From Opitutia bacterium (lineage in GTDB: Bacteria > Verrucomicrobiota > Verrucomicrobiia > Opitutales > T3Sed10-336), in contig JBJHCF010000001.1 in the NCBI GenBank assembly GCA_050506795.1, positions 160,001 through 224,000 on the forward strand: a DNA stretch of 64,000 bases, in the 5' to 3' direction. A model generated the notes under the pieces. It was not told where the DNA came from and did no database searches. It saw nothing but the letters and a program-made list of their open reading frames with translations. A program made the position numbers and the translations under genes. Each line of letters starts with the position of its first letter. Position 1 is the first letter of the stretch. Shown here one piece after another: positions 40,636 through 51,550 of this stretch.

Positions 40636-41823
40636 CTAGAATAAGACGCGCCAGGCACCGTAAACCGTGGTGGCTTCCAGGTCGCCATGCTCGGTGTCGT
40701 CGAGTTTAGACAGCTCCACCCCCGCCATGAGCTTGTTGGCGTCGCCGGCAAAGTAATAGTTGGCGCCGGCGTAAACCGCCCGGTAGGTGTCGCCCCGGTC
40801 GCTTTGGAGTCCCGGCGCCCGGCGAGCGTAGCGGGACGAGGCCCGAATGCCTGTGGCGTTGTCGGAGTGAGCCTCTTCGTAACGAATGACGCCCTGAAGT
40901 TTGTCGGTGATGAAGTAGGACGGCATGATGTACCACCCGTAGGTATCGTCTTCATTGCGGTCTTCCAGGAGGATGAACTCGGCCCGGAGATCGAAAGGCC
41001 CGCGCTGGTAGTGGCCGCTGATGGCGCCGCCGTTTTTAAAGGAACCGCCAAAAGCACCGCCGGCATCGTCTGACACCAGAACGTCCACCCGGAAGTCCAG
41101 ATCATGACCGTTTCCGATCACGTCGCCGAGATCGATCCCGCCGGTAAGGTTGTACATGTAGCGGGCGGGCGTGTTGCTCGGGTTTACATTGGCGCGGTCG
41201 GTGTAGATACCGGCGCCGTAGGAAAAGATGTGCTGGGATCCTTCCATTGATACCCCGAGCTGAGCGCCGGGGGCGGCGATGTTGGTGATCATGCTTCGTT
41301 CCACCGTGAGAATTGAGGCCGACGAAGTGTTTTCCTCATGGCCGAATGTGGGTTTGTCCACCCCGACCTTGATGTGAGCCTCGTCGTATTCGCGCCATTG
41401 CAGGAATGCGGTTCGCATGGACAAACCGCTGCCCGGGACCAGGTTGGCTTCGAGTTGGGCCCTGACGTTCTGCAGGAGGTGCCCTCGAACCCCCAGCCGA
41501 ACGCGGCGCATTTCGAGGGTGCTCCAGTCTTCGCTCACGTCGTCGTTACTGACGTTGGTGTATCCGAACTGGGTCTGGATGCGGCCGCGGATCCGAAAAT
41601 CCCGGAAGTTGATCCCGGCCGGCTCGGCGGCGGGGCGGGCACGATCGATGCGTTCGCGCAACTCCCGCGCCTGTTCGGCGGAGATGGCGTCGTTTTCGAC
41701 CAGTACATTGATGAGATCGGTCATCTGCGCTTGCGCGGAGCTGGCGGCGGCCAGCAACGCGAACATACCCAGGAGGTGGCGCCACCGTTTGGGTGTGAAT
41801 CGTCTTTTTTTAACAGTGTTCAT
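40636..41823 (-). CDS. Phosphate-selective porin (OprO/OprP family)
   Basis: Signal peptide, helical N-extension, GRIQ, RRVRLG, SS....ERS, beta strands ending in C-terminal Phe; start uncertain (41823 or 41847). Confidence 0.8.
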   Translation of the reverse strand: MNTVKKRRFTPKRWRHLLGMFALLAAASSAQAQMTDLINVLVENDAISAEQARELRERIDRARPAAEPAGINFRDFRIRGRIQTQFGYTNVSNDDVSEDWSTLEMRRVRLGVRGHLLQNVRAQLEANLVPGSGLSMRTAFLQWREYDEAHIKVGVDKPTFGHEENTSSASILTVERSMITNIAAPGAQLGVSMEGSQHIFSYGAGIYTDRANVNPSNTPARYMYNLTGGIDLGDVIGNGHDLDFRVDVLVSDDAGGAFGGSFKNGGAISGHYQRGPFDLRAEFILLEDRNEDDTYGWYIMPSYFITDKLQGVIRYEEAHSDNATGIRASSRYARRAPGLQSDRGDTYRAVYAGANYYFAGDANKLMAGVELSKLDDTEHGDLEATTVYGAWRVLF

Positions 41824-41903
41824 TTTGTTGTTTTCAGGTGAACTCAAGTTTGCTGAGTGCCAACTGCATTTCCCGAGTCGGCGGGTACTCTTTTAGCTCC
41901 CGA

Positions 41904-41934
41904 ATGTTACAGGGTGATGGCGGTTGGGTGACGA
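41904..41934 (-). promoter_or_regulatory. Pho-box-like direct repeats
   Basis: Minus-strand GTCAC, GCCAT and GTAAC half-sites at exact 11-bp spacing upstream of the phosphate porin. Confidence 0.5.
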
Positions 41935-42314
41935 TTCCGAAGCAATCGTCATGCGCCGATGTTCGGCCGGGCCGACGACGCCGGAAATCGTGACCGAAAC
42001 GGTTGCCGGGGGTAATGTTACGGGAACGTTGCGGTGTTGTCTCCGCGGCGTAACAAAGCATTGGCATCGTGAGCTATTAAATGGTTGACGGTGTTGACAG
42101 TGAAAACTCCGACCTGCCCGGCCGGCCGACGGTTCGCCACCCGAAGGCGTCACGGCTTGTTTCCAGCCAGCGAACGGGGGGCTTCGGGTCGACCGGGAGT
42201 TCGCGGGCGGGCAAAGGTTTTCGCTTTCAACAGAGTATCCGCCGTTTGATCCGATTCGCCCTGCGGCGCCCCGGGGAAATCTGCGACCTGGACGGCATGA
42301 TCGGGCACGGCTCC

Positions 42315-42770
42315 ATGCCTCTGAATCTGTGCGCCGCTCTGGTCGGAGCATTGGATTTTGTCAGTGACGAGGATGGCCTGTTGACGGGAGCCGATTTGGC
42401 GATTCTCGGGGTTCAACCGGCATTGCCATCACTTGCCCGCGTGGTCCTGAAGCAGGGGCGACAGCGGTTGCCGATGAGTGGCCGGGATGTGGCATCGTCG
42501 AAGAATTTCCGTGAAGCGTCAGTTCTTTTGCTCAAAGCCGAAGGTCTGGGCAGGGGAGAGCTCTTCCTTAAATGTTGGGCGCCGGAATCGGGAGACTTCG
42601 GTTCGGTCCGGGTCGGGGGGATCGATCCCTTTTGGCTGGCAGGGGAGAACCCGGGGCGGGTGTCTCAGGATACCATCCTGTTTGACCTCGATTCCATTGT
42701 GGCGTTTCCCCGTTTCGCTGCCTTGGAATGGGAGCTGCGAGCTGACAACGGACAGAACGACAAGGCGTGA
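42315..42770 (+). CDS. Hypothetical protein
   Basis: Open frame with protein-like composition; start uncertain (ORF extends to 42081). Confidence 0.4.
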   Translation: MPLNLCAALVGALDFVSDEDGLLTGADLAILGVQPALPSLARVVLKQGRQRLPMSGRDVASSKNFREASVLLLKAEGLGRGELFLKCWAPESGDFGSVRVGGIDPFWLAGENPGRVSQDTILFDLDSIVAFPRFAALEWELRADNGQNDKA

Positions 42771-42820
42771 AGCCGGGTTTTTCCTTGCCATCCGGCGGGT
42801 ACCGGTGATGGCTTGATTCG

Positions 42821-43015
42821 ATGACCAAGCGAAAAATGAAGTTTATTCTCGCCGGGGTTCTGGCAGCCCTGGTGTTGGTGTTGGTCTTGCAGAACAGTCA
42901 CAATACCCCGGTGAGTTTTCTCTTCTGGAGTCGCTCGATGCCAACGCTGGTGGTGATCCTGGGCCCTTTTGTGATCGGATTTTTCGTTGGTCGTTTGCTT
43001 GCCTGGAGGCGTTGA
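42821..43015 (+). CDS. LapA/DUF1049 family membrane protein
   Basis: LVLQN...V.FLFW pattern with two TM segments. Confidence 0.8.
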   Translation: MTKRKMKFILAGVLAALVLVLVLQNSHNTPVSFLFWSRSMPTLVVILGPFVIGFFVGRLLAWRR

Positions 43016-43060
43016 ATCGGTCCGTCTCGATCGCGTTTTGTTCTTACTCCGATTAAAGGG

Positions 43061-43465
43061 ACACTCCTTCGACTGGCGTTTATATCCCTTTCTCTGGTTT
43101 TTACGGCCTGTAAAGCCGGCCTGAATTCGGAATCGCCTCCGGTTCGGACGGTTCCGATCAACGAGGGTTGGTCGCGTAATTCGGTGAACGCTGTTATTTT
43201 TCGCGCCCACGCCGTGACCACTCACGAAGAAACCCAATACGCTTCCTGCTGCGACGATGACGGCCGCGTGATTCTCGCCCGCAGGACATTGGGAGACAGC
43301 GATTGGGAGGTGCACGATACCGGGTTTCGCGGTAATACTCGCGATGCGCACAACGCAATATCCATCGCCGTGGACGGCGCCGGGTACGTCCACCTGTCAT
43401 GGGACCATCGCGGGCACCCGTTGACTTTCCGTCCCGGAGTTCCCGAGTCTCCAATCTCCGCCTGA
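43061..43465 (+). pseudogene. Truncated BNR_4 (sialidase-like) family gene fragment
   Basis: GWSRNSVNAVIFR, DAHNAISIAVDG.GY.H.SWDH, then an early stop; no clear start. Confidence 0.7.
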
Positions 43466-43475
43466 GTAAACCGAT

Positions 43476-44870
43476 TTAGTCTTCGGTCTTGTGATGTTTC
43501 CCAATGCCGAAGGCCTCGAACCCGATTTCACGCAGGACTTTCAGATCGAGGATATTGCGGCCGTCAAAAAGAAAAGCCGGTTTCCGCATGCTCTCGTGGA
43601 TTCGCCGGTAGTCCAGTTCGCGAAAGACGTCCCATTCGGTGAGCACCAGAATGGCGTGGGCGTCTCTGGCGGCCTCGTAAGGATCATTGCAAATTTCGAT
43701 GCGGGCATTCCCCTTGGCCTCCTGAGCGGATTCGGGTGGGTGGTTCAGCGTGCGTCGAATTTCCTCGGGCGCGACTTTCGGATCGTAAATGGCGAGTGCG
43801 GCATGTTCGTCCAGGAGATCGCGACAGACGTATATCGCGGCGGATTCGCGGGTGTCGTTGGTGTCCTTCTTGAAAGCATAACCCAGAACCGCGATTTTCT
43901 TCCCGGAAACCGTGTTGAAGAGGGTTTTGACCACCTTTTCGGAGAAGCGCTTTTTCTGGTGATCGTTCATAAAAACCACCTGCTCCCAGTAGTCCGCGAC
44001 CTCGGGCAGTCCAAAATGTCGGCACAGGTAAACCAGATTCAGAATATCCTTCTGGAAACACGAACCTCCGAACCCGACGGACGCCTTGAGAAAACGTGGC
44101 CCAATACGTTGGTCCCGGCCGATTGAGGCCGCGACCTCGTCCACGTCGGCGCCCGTGGCTTCGCAAAGCTCGGAAATGGCGTTGATGGAGGAGATGCGTT
44201 GAGCCAGAAACGCGTTGGCCGTCAGTTTGGAAAGCTCCGACGACCAGAGATTGGTGGTGACGATCTTTTCGCGCGGCACCCAGTTGGCGTAGACGGAGAC
44301 CAGGGCCTGCACCGCCTCCTGTCCCTCGGGGGATTCGTCGCCGCCAATCAGCACCCGATCCGGGTTGTGCAGGTCGTTAACCGCGGTTCCTTCCGCCAGG
44401 AATTCCGGGTTGGAGAGGACCTGGAACCGGTGGCCGTTTGGATTGGCGCTGAGGATCCTTTTGATGGATTCGGCGGTGCGCACCGGCAGCGTCGATTTCT
44501 CCACCACGATTTTAGGGCCGTTGGCGACTTCGGCGATCCGGCGCGCGCAAAGCTCCACATAGCGAAGGTCCGCGGCCTTTCCGGCTCCGATGCCGTAGGT
44601 TTTGGTCGGGGTGTTGACACTGACAAAAATCAGATCGGCGTCCCGAATACCCTGGTCGACGTTAGTGGAGAAATACAGGTTGCGTCCGCGGCACTCACGA
44701 ACCACCTCATCGAGACCCGGCTCGTAAACCGGCAGGTCGTCGGAATTCCAGGCCGCAACCCGTTCCTCGTTGATATCAACTACGGTTACTTGAATTCCCG
44801 GGGCCTTTTGGGCGATGACCGCCATGGTGGGGCCGCCGACGTAACCGGCACCTATACAGCAGATTTTCAT
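43476..44870 (-). CDS. ugd: UDP-glucose 6-dehydrogenase
   Basis: [44 protein letters not shown]. Confidence 0.96.
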   Translation of the reverse strand: MKICCIGAGYVGGPTMAVIAQKAPGIQVTVVDINEERVAAWNSDDLPVYEPGLDEVVRECRGRNLYFSTNVDQGIRDADLIFVSVNTPTKTYGIGAGKAADLRYVELCARRIAEVANGPKIVVEKSTLPVRTAESIKRILSANPNGHRFQVLSNPEFLAEGTAVNDLHNPDRVLIGGDESPEGQEAVQALVSVYANWVPREKIVTTNLWSSELSKLTANAFLAQRISSINAISELCEATGADVDEVAASIGRDQRIGPRFLKASVGFGGSCFQKDILNLVYLCRHFGLPEVADYWEQVVFMNDHQKKRFSEKVVKTLFNTVSGKKIAVLGYAFKKDTNDTRESAAIYVCRDLLDEHAALAIYDPKVAPEEIRRTLNHPPESAQEAKGNARIEICNDPYEAARDAHAILVLTEWDVFRELDYRRIHESMRKPAFLFDGRNILDLKVLREIGFEAFGIGKHHKTED

Positions 44871-45066
44871 TAGGGATATGACAGTGACGATTTATTTGCT
44901 GAGGAAAAGGCAAAAATCGGCGCCCGATCGAAACGCGATCCTTAGCGAAAGAGCGGCTTTCGGATCGCGGAGCAAGCGAGTCGGCTTGTTTCCATATCCC
45001 CAATGATTTTGAGTTTACTCCCGCAAGCGAAGGGTTAATGTCGGCGTTAAATCCATCCATAATCCC

Positions 45067-46686
45067 ATGCGAAACCTTCTCCGTTCCCTCGTGCTTTATT
45101 CACTGGCAGCCTGCTGTGCGGCTGTTCCCGCCAACCGTTCCGGAGCGGCGGAAGCTTCCGGTGCCTTGCCCCGGGATGTAATCGCGGCGGTTAAGGCCGC
45201 CTCACTGAAAGAGCTTACCGACGATATCGTCGCGGTGGCCCGGCGAGTGGCCCCCGGCCCCCAGGTGGAAGCGATGCCGTTTTTGCTCGGGGCCATGCTG
45301 GGCGACCCCATGTTGCAGGGGTTGGAGGCGGGCCAGAATATCGGCGCGGCCATGGTGCGGGTGGAAGGCGATTATCAGCCGGTGGTCTTCGCCCGGTTGA
45401 GCGAGCAGAGCCCCTACCGCGATGCCTTGCGGGGCTACGGGATGGAACCCGGGGATCACCAGGGTTGGACCTTTGCCACCGTGTCGCCGCTGGAGCCTTC
45501 GGTCCTGGGTGACTTGCGCGATCACCTGGTCGAATGGGTGCAGGCGCCCCGGGTTCATGATTTGGAATTATACGTTAATGGTCCCGAAGCGGCCCGGTTG
45601 GTGGCGGAGAACGAGGACCTTCTTCGTTCGGAGATCCGCGGGATGGGTGCGGCGGAATACGAGGAGCCGATTTGGGCCCTGGTACAGACCGTAACGGGTG
45701 AGCTTAGAATCCTGGCTTCCGCCGGTATCGGCCTGGAAATCAGCGGCGAGGAAATTGTTCAACACGCCCACCTTCAAGCCCAGAACGATACCGCCCTCGG
45801 CCGGTTCCTGTCAGCCGACCACGCCGCCTCGCTGGCCCCGGCGGAGTGGTTTTCTCCCGAGGCTCCCATCGTTTACGTCAGTCGCATGAACCTGGGTGCG
45901 TTGATGGATTATTTCAGATATTTTCAGGCCAAAGCGGAAGTGGCCGGCGGGGACACGATTCGCAGTTGGTTCGAACCTGTCGTAGACATGATGGAACTTT
46001 TCACCCGCGACACCGAGGGTAACAATTCCGGCTATGTCGTTTTTTCCGATGCCATGCCGTCGATCGTTCAGATCTCCGATAGCACGGCGGACGATGATTC
46101 TTTGCGCGGGACACTGGAGGCCATGCTCGAAATTATGTCCCATCCGATACTGGCCCAATTTGGCGAAATGCCATCCACCGAGCTGGTTTCCGGCGAACAC
46201 ACCGTGGCGGACCAGCCGGTTTACACTTTGACCACCCGGGTGGGAGATGAGAACGATGTCTTTTTCGGCGAACCATTCTCATCCGAATCGCATTACGTGC
46301 GAGTGGGCGACTATCTGGTTGTGGCCGACCAGCTGGACGTCCTGAATACCATAGCCGGCGCCATCGTCGCCGACGAAAAACCCTCTCCCAATGCGGCGGA
46401 ATTGTTCGATCGCGATTCCGGGGCAGCCTCGCAGGTGCGCATCGACGGCGGATTGCTCCTTGGGTATCTCGGGCAGATGATGGCTCCAGGTCACTCTATC
46501 GAAGCCAATCTGCCTCCCGCCCGAGGAGAACTCCAGGTCAGGGACAATGCGGCGCGGTGGCGATTTGAGATTCCGACGGATCTGATCGCCGGAATCTATC
46601 GCGAGATCCAGGCAATGTCCGAACAGATGGAGTCCCAGTTTTACATTGAGGAAGAATACGATTTTGGTGAAGACCACCCGGAGTGA
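45067..46686 (+). CDS. Hypothetical secreted acidic protein
   Basis: 539-aa ORF with signal peptide; no recognised motif. Confidence 0.75.
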   Translation: MRNLLRSLVLYSLAACCAAVPANRSGAAEASGALPRDVIAAVKAASLKELTDDIVAVARRVAPGPQVEAMPFLLGAMLGDPMLQGLEAGQNIGAAMVRVEGDYQPVVFARLSEQSPYRDALRGYGMEPGDHQGWTFATVSPLEPSVLGDLRDHLVEWVQAPRVHDLELYVNGPEAARLVAENEDLLRSEIRGMGAAEYEEPIWALVQTVTGELRILASAGIGLEISGEEIVQHAHLQAQNDTALGRFLSADHAASLAPAEWFSPEAPIVYVSRMNLGALMDYFRYFQAKAEVAGGDTIRSWFEPVVDMMELFTRDTEGNNSGYVVFSDAMPSIVQISDSTADDDSLRGTLEAMLEIMSHPILAQFGEMPSTELVSGEHTVADQPVYTLTTRVGDENDVFFGEPFSSESHYVRVGDYLVVADQLDVLNTIAGAIVADEKPSPNAAELFDRDSGAASQVRIDGGLLLGYLGQMMAPGHSIEANLPPARGELQVRDNAARWRFEIPTDLIAGIYREIQAMSEQMESQFYIEEEYDFGEDHPE

Positions 46687-48272
46687 CCGCCGAACCTCGC
46701 TCGAATGACTTCGATGTCATTGTGGTCGGATCCGGTCACAATGGCTTGATATCCGCCGCTTACCTGGCACGGGCTGGAATGCGGGTGGCGGTCTTTGAGC
46801 GCCGTCAAATCGTTGGCGGAGCGGTTTGCACTGAGGATGATCTCATTCCGGGGTACCGGATTGATACCGGCAGTTCCGCCCATGTCATGATTCATCAGAC
46901 TCCGGTTTTGCGCGAACTGGAACTGGATAAGTACGGGCTCGAATATATCGAGATGGATCCCTTCGCGTTCTACCCGGGAAACGACGGTCATCCTTCGCTG
47001 TACTTTTATCGGGATGTGGAGAAAACGGTGGAAAGCATCGCCCGTATCAGTCCCCGCGACGCGGAGAGTTACCGCCGGTTCGTTCAAGCCTGGGGGGAGC
47101 TTAACGAGAAGGTTTTTCAGGTTTTTCTCAACTCCCCCACGCCGTTCAATATCATGACCAGACTCGCTCGCGGATCCCTGCGGGGTACAGACCGGGTGGA
47201 AATGGTGCGGCAACTGATGAGCCCCTACGGCCAACTGGTCACCGAATGGTTTGAGCATGAGTCGGTTCGCACCGCCATTCTCTGGCTGGCGGCCCAGTCG
47301 GGACCGCCTCCCGGAGAGGTGGCCAGCGGTGATTTTGCCGGTTGGCATTCCATGTACCACCGGAGCGGCATGCATCGTGCCCGGGGAGGCAGCGGAGCGC
47401 TTACCCAGGCGCTGAAACGGCGTATCCTGGCGGACGGCGGGTCGATTTTCGAAGGAGCGCCCGTCGATCGTATTCTGACAGAAAACGGGCGGGCGACGGG
47501 AGTCGAACTGGAGAAGGGCGACCGTTACGGTGCCCGCGCCGTCCTGGCCGCCTGTCACGTGCAGACCACGGTGAGCCGGTTGTTGCGCGACGCCGAACTG
47601 CCGTCGGCTTTGCGACAGCGGGTAGGTAATCTTCGGGTGGGCAACGGGTTCGGTATGATCGTGCGTTGTGCCATGTCCGGATTACCGATCTATCCGGACG
47701 AACCGGTCGACGCCGAGGGGGTGAGTCCGGCCCACCGGGGATTGCAACTCCTTTGTCCCTCGCGTCAGGCCATCGACGATGCCTATGCCGATTACGCCCG
47801 GGGGCGGCCTCCCACCCGCCCGGTACCCCTGGCCATGACTTTCAGTGCGATCGATTCCACCCTCGCCCCAAAGGGGAAACACACCCTTTTTGTCTGGGGG
47901 CAATATCATCCTTATGAACTCCGGAATGGAGAGGACTGGGACTCAATCGCGGAACGTGAGGCCGATAAATTGCTGGCTTCGGTGGACCGTTTCGCGCCGG
48001 GCACCCGGGAAAAAGTGATCGACCGCGTCATCCAGACCCCGCTGGACATCGAGCGCCGGTTCGGCATGTTGCGCGGCAATGTCATGCACCTGGAAATGAG
48101 TCTCGATCAAATGTTTACCTTTCGTCCGACACCTGAACTGTCCGGGTACCGGATGCCCCTGCTCGGTCTGTACCTGACCGGCGCCAGCACTCATCCCGGA
48201 GGCGGCGTCTGGGGGGCCAGCGGCTACAACGCAGCCCGGGTCATGCTTCGAGACCGCCGAAAGTGGAAGTAG
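46683..48272 (+). CDS. Phytoene-dehydrogenase family FAD oxidoreductase (CrtO-ketolase-like)
   Basis: VVGSGHNGL..A.YLA, GGA, GGSGAL, TPLDIE, GASTHPGGGV.GASG.NAA. Confidence 0.85.
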   Translation: MTAEPRSNDFDVIVVGSGHNGLISAAYLARAGMRVAVFERRQIVGGAVCTEDDLIPGYRIDTGSSAHVMIHQTPVLRELELDKYGLEYIEMDPFAFYPGNDGHPSLYFYRDVEKTVESIARISPRDAESYRRFVQAWGELNEKVFQVFLNSPTPFNIMTRLARGSLRGTDRVEMVRQLMSPYGQLVTEWFEHESVRTAILWLAAQSGPPPGEVASGDFAGWHSMYHRSGMHRARGGSGALTQALKRRILADGGSIFEGAPVDRILTENGRATGVELEKGDRYGARAVLAACHVQTTVSRLLRDAELPSALRQRVGNLRVGNGFGMIVRCAMSGLPIYPDEPVDAEGVSPAHRGLQLLCPSRQAIDDAYADYARGRPPTRPVPLAMTFSAIDSTLAPKGKHTLFVWGQYHPYELRNGEDWDSIAEREADKLLASVDRFAPGTREKVIDRVIQTPLDIERRFGMLRGNVMHLEMSLDQMFTFRPTPELSGYRMPLLGLYLTGASTHPGGGVWGASGYNAARVMLRDRRKWK

Positions 48273-48282
48273 GCGACGAAAT

Positions 48283-49458
48283 CTAGTACCGCAAAATCGC
48301 GGCGATGGGGGATTCTTCCGGCATGTTCTCCGGAGCGACCAGAAAAACCCTTCCATTGTGCTGCAGAGTGCGCAGGGCGGCATAATCCAGCAGATCTTTG
48401 CGGTCGGGACCATTGGAGACATCCGTTTCCACATCGAAACTCGTTTCGTCAAAGGTGCCCCATTGCTGGTGGTCCCGCAGGGCGAAGAGAGTGTCGATCC
48501 GGCCCTGATAGGCGGCAGGCAGAACGTCCTCGAATTGATCGAAGGTCTTGTTCTTGCCGTTGCCGCTTTGGCCCAAGGCAAGCTCCCGGTATCGCTCCGC
48601 GGCCCGATTCTGCTCCTTGCGGAAGTGGGGTTCGAGAATCTTCCATCCCTCGGCGTGCAGATCCTTTTCGTTGAGACTCCCGGGAGACCGTTTTATACCG
48701 CCATGCACAAGGTGAGGGTAGTCGCTGACTTCCTGGTAGATAGGGAAATAGGATTCGATTGCCGCCAGCAGAAGAGGTTTTTTCGATTCGCGGAGATATT
48801 CGTGCAGCGCTTTGTCGATCTGACGGAAGAAACGCAACAATTGATCGTGCCGTTGATCCTTTTCCCCGCCCTGTCCGTGGTAGACCGCGCTGTGCTGTTG
48901 CGCGCCGCTTCCGGTCGGACCCGCGACGTGGAAGTTGATCAGATTTTCGTAGTCGTCGTACTGAAGGGCCTCCGCCAGGGATTTGGGGAGCTCCGGTACC
49001 GTTTTCTTGCGAATACTGTATCGGTTTCCTTCGTACAGACTCACGTTTTTCTGTTCCAGCGCCAGGACGAAAAACTGATCGTCGCGGGTGTAGAGCGGCA
49101 TCAACGGCTTAAGATGGTAATTCCGCGCCGCCAGAGCAAAATCCTTGACCGGGTAGGGGAGTTGGTAGTGGCGGAAGTCCCCGGAGGAGAAGAAAATCGC
49201 CAGGCCTTCGGACTGGTGCTGCCAGAAATCGTAATCGTCGATCAATTTGCGAACCGGTTGCAGCAACTTGTCCCTCTCCGCGTCGCTCATCTCGAAAGCG
49301 TCGAGTTGCTTCTCCACCTCTTTGAGGAGATTCTTCAACTTGGTTGGATTCTGCAGCGTTTCCGATCCCGCACGATGGGTGCTCATGAAAAGTGAAACGC
49401 AAGGCGGGGCCACATCTTTAAGGAAGTGGTCGATTTCGTTTTTAAAGACGATTTTCAT
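48283..49458 (-). CDS. Bacterial archaeo-eukaryotic release factor (baeRF3/7-like) protein
   Basis: PCVSLFM.TH, FWQHQ.EGLAIF, HLKPL, HGQG, AYQGRIDTL, C-terminal AAILRY. Confidence 0.85.
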   Translation of the reverse strand: MKIVFKNEIDHFLKDVAPPCVSLFMSTHRAGSETLQNPTKLKNLLKEVEKQLDAFEMSDAERDKLLQPVRKLIDDYDFWQHQSEGLAIFFSSGDFRHYQLPYPVKDFALAARNYHLKPLMPLYTRDDQFFVLALEQKNVSLYEGNRYSIRKKTVPELPKSLAEALQYDDYENLINFHVAGPTGSGAQQHSAVYHGQGGEKDQRHDQLLRFFRQIDKALHEYLRESKKPLLLAAIESYFPIYQEVSDYPHLVHGGIKRSPGSLNEKDLHAEGWKILEPHFRKEQNRAAERYRELALGQSGNGKNKTFDQFEDVLPAAYQGRIDTLFALRDHQQWGTFDETSFDVETDVSNGPDRKDLLDYAALRTLQHNGRVFLVAPENMPEESPIAAILRY

Positions 49459-49514
49459 AGTATTGCTATACCAGGGTTCTATTCGGAGCAAAGGCGTTCG
49501 GCAAGCACCGCCGA

Positions 49515-50393
49515 TCAGTTTTTCCAGCAATTATCGAGGGTCACGATTTCCTCAAGCGAAAGGCGAACCCCACTCGCAGTCACGGAATCACGAATGCTTG
49601 CTTCCCGGCTTGCTCCCGGAATGGGAATAATATTGGGCGCTTTGCTCAGCAGCCAGGCCAGGACCAGCGCCTGCGGGCTCACTTCGTGACGAGCGGCGAT
49701 ATCTTTGATCTCGGCATGGCTTTCCCCGATCGACTTCGCTCCGTCCATGCCGTTGAGCGGGCTCCAGGGAAGGAAAGCGATGTTACGGGCCAGGCAAATG
49801 GCCAGGGAGCCGTCGGTCTCCGGTTCTCGGTGGGCCGGAGAGAAACGGTTTTGCACGCTGACGATTTCCACCAGTTTTTCCGCGTTTTCGATCTCGCTCA
49901 TGGTGACGTTGCTCAGGCCGATATGTAAAATTTTGCCTTCCGCCTGCAGATTTTTCAACTCGCCCAGGCTTTCGGCCAGGGGCACATTCGGGTCCGGGCG
50001 ATGGAATTGATAAAGGGGAATCGCCTCCAGTCGCAGATTCGTCAGGGAGGCTTCGCAGGCCTCCCGCAAATGCTCCGGACGGCCGTCTTTCTCCCAACGC
50101 CCTTCCGGCCGGACGAGTCCCCCTTTGGTCGCCACCAGCACTTTTTCGCGTGCCTCTGGAGCGGCCTCGGCAAGGGCTTTCCCGATAAGCCGTTCATTGT
50201 GTCCGGTTTCGGTATCGTCGAGGCAATAGGCGTCCGCGGTATCGATGAGATTCACCCCGGCATCCATGGCGGCATGGATCACCCGGATGGCCGCTTTCTC
50301 GTCCGGACGGTCTTCTTTGACCGAAAGAGGCATTGCTCCAAGCCCGATCGGGAAGAGTTCAATTTGCGTTCTGCCGAGTTTTCTAAAATCCAT
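49515..50393 (-). CDS. Aldo/keto reductase
   Basis: IGLGAM, DTADAY, TKGG, HRPDP, IGLSN, PIPG. Confidence 0.92.
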   Translation of the reverse strand: MDFRKLGRTQIELFPIGLGAMPLSVKEDRPDEKAAIRVIHAAMDAGVNLIDTADAYCLDDTETGHNERLIGKALAEAAPEAREKVLVATKGGLVRPEGRWEKDGRPEHLREACEASLTNLRLEAIPLYQFHRPDPNVPLAESLGELKNLQAEGKILHIGLSNVTMSEIENAEKLVEIVSVQNRFSPAHREPETDGSLAICLARNIAFLPWSPLNGMDGAKSIGESHAEIKDIAARHEVSPQALVLAWLLSKAPNIIPIPGASREASIRDSVTASGVRLSLEEIVTLDNCWKN

Positions 50394-50484
50394 GTCGACA
50401 CACTAATCGCTGAGGGAAAGCGAGGTCAAACATTGGGCGAATACGTCGTGGCGATTGGGAAACCGGTTCCGCCAAACCCCGCCA

Positions 50485-50943
50485 TTAAAGGGCCGGACCG
50501 GGTTGAGGCCGCCGGCTGAGCCGGTCCCGGACGAATCCCGGACGATCCAACACGAATGCCGCCGCCAAACCCAGGAAGATAAGAATATCGCGCGTAAGCC
50601 ACCAGAGGTAATTGGTTCCTTCCGTATCGGAGACGCCGAAGCAGCCGCAGGAAATGTTGAGTCCGCGAGCCCAGGCGGAGGTGATAAGCACGGCGAAAAC
50701 AACGGTCAGCCCAATGAGGATCAAAAGCGAGCCGGTCCGGGTACGCCGGTTCCAAAGGCCCGCCCCGCAGAGAATTTCCAGCCAGGGCAGATAAAAAGCG
50801 GTGGCGACCGCCAATACGTACGGCAGCAACCGGTACGATTCGATGTCTATCAGGAACTGGGCGGGATCCAGCACCTTGACCACCCCGGCGTATACAAAAA
50901 GACCGCCCAGAAACAGGCGAAGCGCCCAGTTAATGGCGGTCAT
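50485..50943 (-). CDS. MauE/DoxX family membrane protein
   Basis: LR..LG..F.YAG..K, LPWLE, CGCFG, RD. Confidence 0.88.
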   Translation of the reverse strand: MTAINWALRLFLGGLFVYAGVVKVLDPAQFLIDIESYRLLPYVLAVATAFYLPWLEILCGAGLWNRRTRTGSLLILIGLTVVFAVLITSAWARGLNISCGCFGVSDTEGTNYLWWLTRDILIFLGLAAAFVLDRPGFVRDRLSRRPQPGPAL

Positions 50944-51407
50944 CGTGAAGCCTCCGTCCAGGTTTCCCAACCGCCTCTCAGGACATGAACGTCCGGCGAT
51001 CCGATTTCCTCTCTGAGCCGCTCCGCCACCAGGTGACTCGCCCGGCACCCGCGACTGCCGCAGTAGACCACCACCGCGGGTTCATCAGCCATTATCCAGT
51101 GGTCCAGGAATTCAAAGAACAGATCTTCCCAATCATCCTCATTCAGCAGAATGGCTCCGGGAATGTGGTCTGCCTCAAACTCCTCGCGCGACCGGGCATC
51201 CACCCAAAGGGGACTCTGTCCCCATGCATCGACCATGGCCAGGGTCACTTCGCCATCGGTGGGCGTGTCCTCCGACCAGGACGGCGCCCCCGGATGCAAC
51301 AGTGCGGTTGCCGCCGCCGGGAGGAGGGGCAAAAGAAGGAGCAGCAGGATTTGCTTCCAGGGGAAATCTCTTCGGTTTTGCCACGGTTTTTCGGGTGCCG
51401 GCTGCAT
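50940..51407 (-). CDS. Membrane-anchored rhodanese-like protein
   Basis: VDAR...F..HIPGA, VVYC...C, L.GGW..W. Confidence 0.88.
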   Translation of the reverse strand: MQPAPEKPWQNRRDFPWKQILLLLLLPLLPAAATALLHPGAPSWSEDTPTDGEVTLAMVDAWGQSPLWVDARSREEFEADHIPGAILLNEDDWEDLFFEFLDHWIMADEPAVVVYCGSRGCRASHLVAERLREEIGSPDVHVLRGGWETWTEASR

Positions 51408-51481
51408 TGCTGAACCAAATCTGGTTGAATTCAGGCCGGAATGCAAGATTGGGTCTAGCGAGGCGTAGCCTCAGACCCGAA

Positions 51482-51530
51482 GTAGTGCACGCATCTTGCG
51501 TGCGAAATTCACGCTGGAAGCGTGAGCTAC
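51482..51530. repeat. Inverted doublet of GTAG-type REP-like palindromes
   Basis: GTAG-TGCACGCATCTTGCGTGC and, on the opposite strand, GTAG-CTCACGCTTCCAGCGTGA. Confidence 0.65.
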
Positions 51531-51550
51531 TGTTTCTCCGCATCCATTTG

